NCBI GenBank assembly: GCA_937891565.1
Contig: CALAHA010000220.1
Location: 1 to 37,424 of the forward strand
Length of the DNA: 37,424 bases
Reading direction: 5' to 3'
Source of the DNA: an uncultured Ilumatobacter sp.
GTDB lineage: Bacteria; Actinomycetota; Acidimicrobiia; Acidimicrobiales; Ilumatobacteraceae
The notes under the pieces are model-generated. The model had not been told where the DNA came from. It saw nothing but the letters and a program-made list of their open reading frames with translations, and did not search any database. A program made the translations under genes and the position numbers. Below, one piece after another: positions 36,565 to 37,424 of this stretch (the first letter of the stretch is position 1; each line of letters starts with the position of its first letter).

Positions 36565-36611
36565 TCCGGTCACACTGATCCGGTCACACTGATCCGGTCA
36601 CACTGATCCGG
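36561..36611. repeat. 14-bp tandem repeat CTGATCCGGTCACA x3.6
   Basis: Read directly; the first unit contains the udk TGA stop codon. Confidence 0.96.
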
Positions 36612-36660
36612 ATGTTCCTGCGAGTTGAGTGTTCTGGCGCATTTGGGTGAGACTCAGGGA

Positions 36661-37424
36661 ATGTCGACGATCTATGACGAGACGCACGAACTGTTCCGGG
36701 AAAGCTTCGCGGCCTTCGTCGATGCCGAGATGGTCCCGAAGTACCACGACTGGGAAGCCGCTGGAATCATGGACCGGGAGCTGTACACCGCTGCCGGCAA
36801 GCACGGATTTGTCGGCCTGGCTGTTCCCGAGCAGCACGGTGGTGGCGGGACCGACGACTTTCGGTTCAACGCAATTATTGCCGAAGAACTCGCCAAGCGC
36901 GGGATCAACGGCGCCGGCCTCGGCCTGACACTCCACAACGACATCGTCACCCCGTATTTCATCGAATACTGCAACGACGAGCAAGCCGATCGCTGGCTGC
37001 CAGGGATCGCATCGGGCGAGCTGGTCACAGCAATCGCGATGACCGAGCCCGGCACCGGCTCCGACCTTGCTGGCATCAAGACCACTGCCGTGCGCGACGG
37101 CGATGAGTTCGTGCTGAACGGGGCCAAAACATTCATCACCAACGGCATCAACTCCGACCTCGTCGTCGTCGTGTGTATCACCGACCCCGAGGCAGGCCGC
37201 GGTGGAATGTCGCTGCTGGTCGTCGAGCGCGGCATGGACGGTTTCGAGCGCGGCCGCAACCTCGACAAGATTGGGCAGAAGTCCGCCGACACCGCCGAAC
37301 TGTTCTTTTCAGATGTTCGCGTTCCGGCAGCCAATGTCCTCGGAGAGGAGGGCAAGGCAATGGAGTACCTCGCCTTCAACCTCGCTCAAGAGCGGCTGTC
37401 GATCGGTATTTTCGGTGTCGCTGC
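36661..37424 (+). CDS. Acyl-CoA dehydrogenase (long-chain-like), 5' part; runs off the window end
   Basis: Manual translation: MSTIYDETHELFRES...AIAMTEPGTGSDLAGIKT...LNGAKTFITNG...GRNLDKIG...DTAELFF...LAQERL. Confidence 0.95.
   Translation, partial: MSTIYDETHELFRESFAAFVDAEMVPKYHDWEAAGIMDRELYTAAGKHGFVGLAVPEQHGGGGTDDFRFNAIIAEELAKRGINGAGLGLTLHNDIVTPYFIEYCNDEQADRWLPGIASGELVTAIAMTEPGTGSDLAGIKTTAVRDGDEFVLNGAKTFITNGINSDLVVVVCITDPEAGRGGMSLLVVERGMDGFERGRNLDKIGQKSADTAELFFSDVRVPAANVLGEEGKAMEYLAFNLAQERLSIGIFGVA

Noticed and set aside
36561-36611. Repeat arrays here and at 3672, 13483 and 32153 as possible CRISPR arrays
   Set aside because: The units are 12-15 bp, directly adjacent with no spacers, and there are no cas genes.

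Overview
High-GC bacterial chromosomal segment, most likely an actinobacterium. The DivIVA, UPF0182, PAC2, DUF3263/LytR_C, PDZ-Lon and GlnD gene set supports this; Acidimicrobiia/Ilumatobacter-like is my inference. It holds about 38 CDS and one initiator tRNA-Met. From left to right: (1) lipid/xenobiotic oxidation genes (SDR, Baeyer-Villiger monooxygenase, enoyl-CoA hydratase, LLM oxidoreductase, MsrB, CYP124-like P450, esterase); (2) a ferredoxin-sufBCD-sufT operon with a divergent SufR, next to the tRNA 3' end; (3) EamA, a YgjV-GNAT-like fusion and TrpB2; (4) a PDZ-Lon / DivIVA-fusion / UPF0182 cluster; (5) HEAT, GNAT, PAC2, NUDIX, GlnD, an orphan ABC solute-binding lipoprotein, ChdC/HemQ, FdhD, MFS, a ubiquitin-like sulfur carrier, glycerate kinase, LytR_C, DUF3263, uridine kinase and a partial acyl-CoA dehydrogenase. 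I saw no integrase, transposase or CRISPR array. The most striking observation is a DivIVA protein whose C-terminus carries a phage MuF/minor-head-protein-like CxxC...PAHxxCRC domain in a non-prophage context. Also notable are the non-actinobacterial-style, SufS-less suf operon, pervasive leaderless promoter architecture and several short perfect tandem repeats. All family calls come from motif recognition by eye; no database searches were run.
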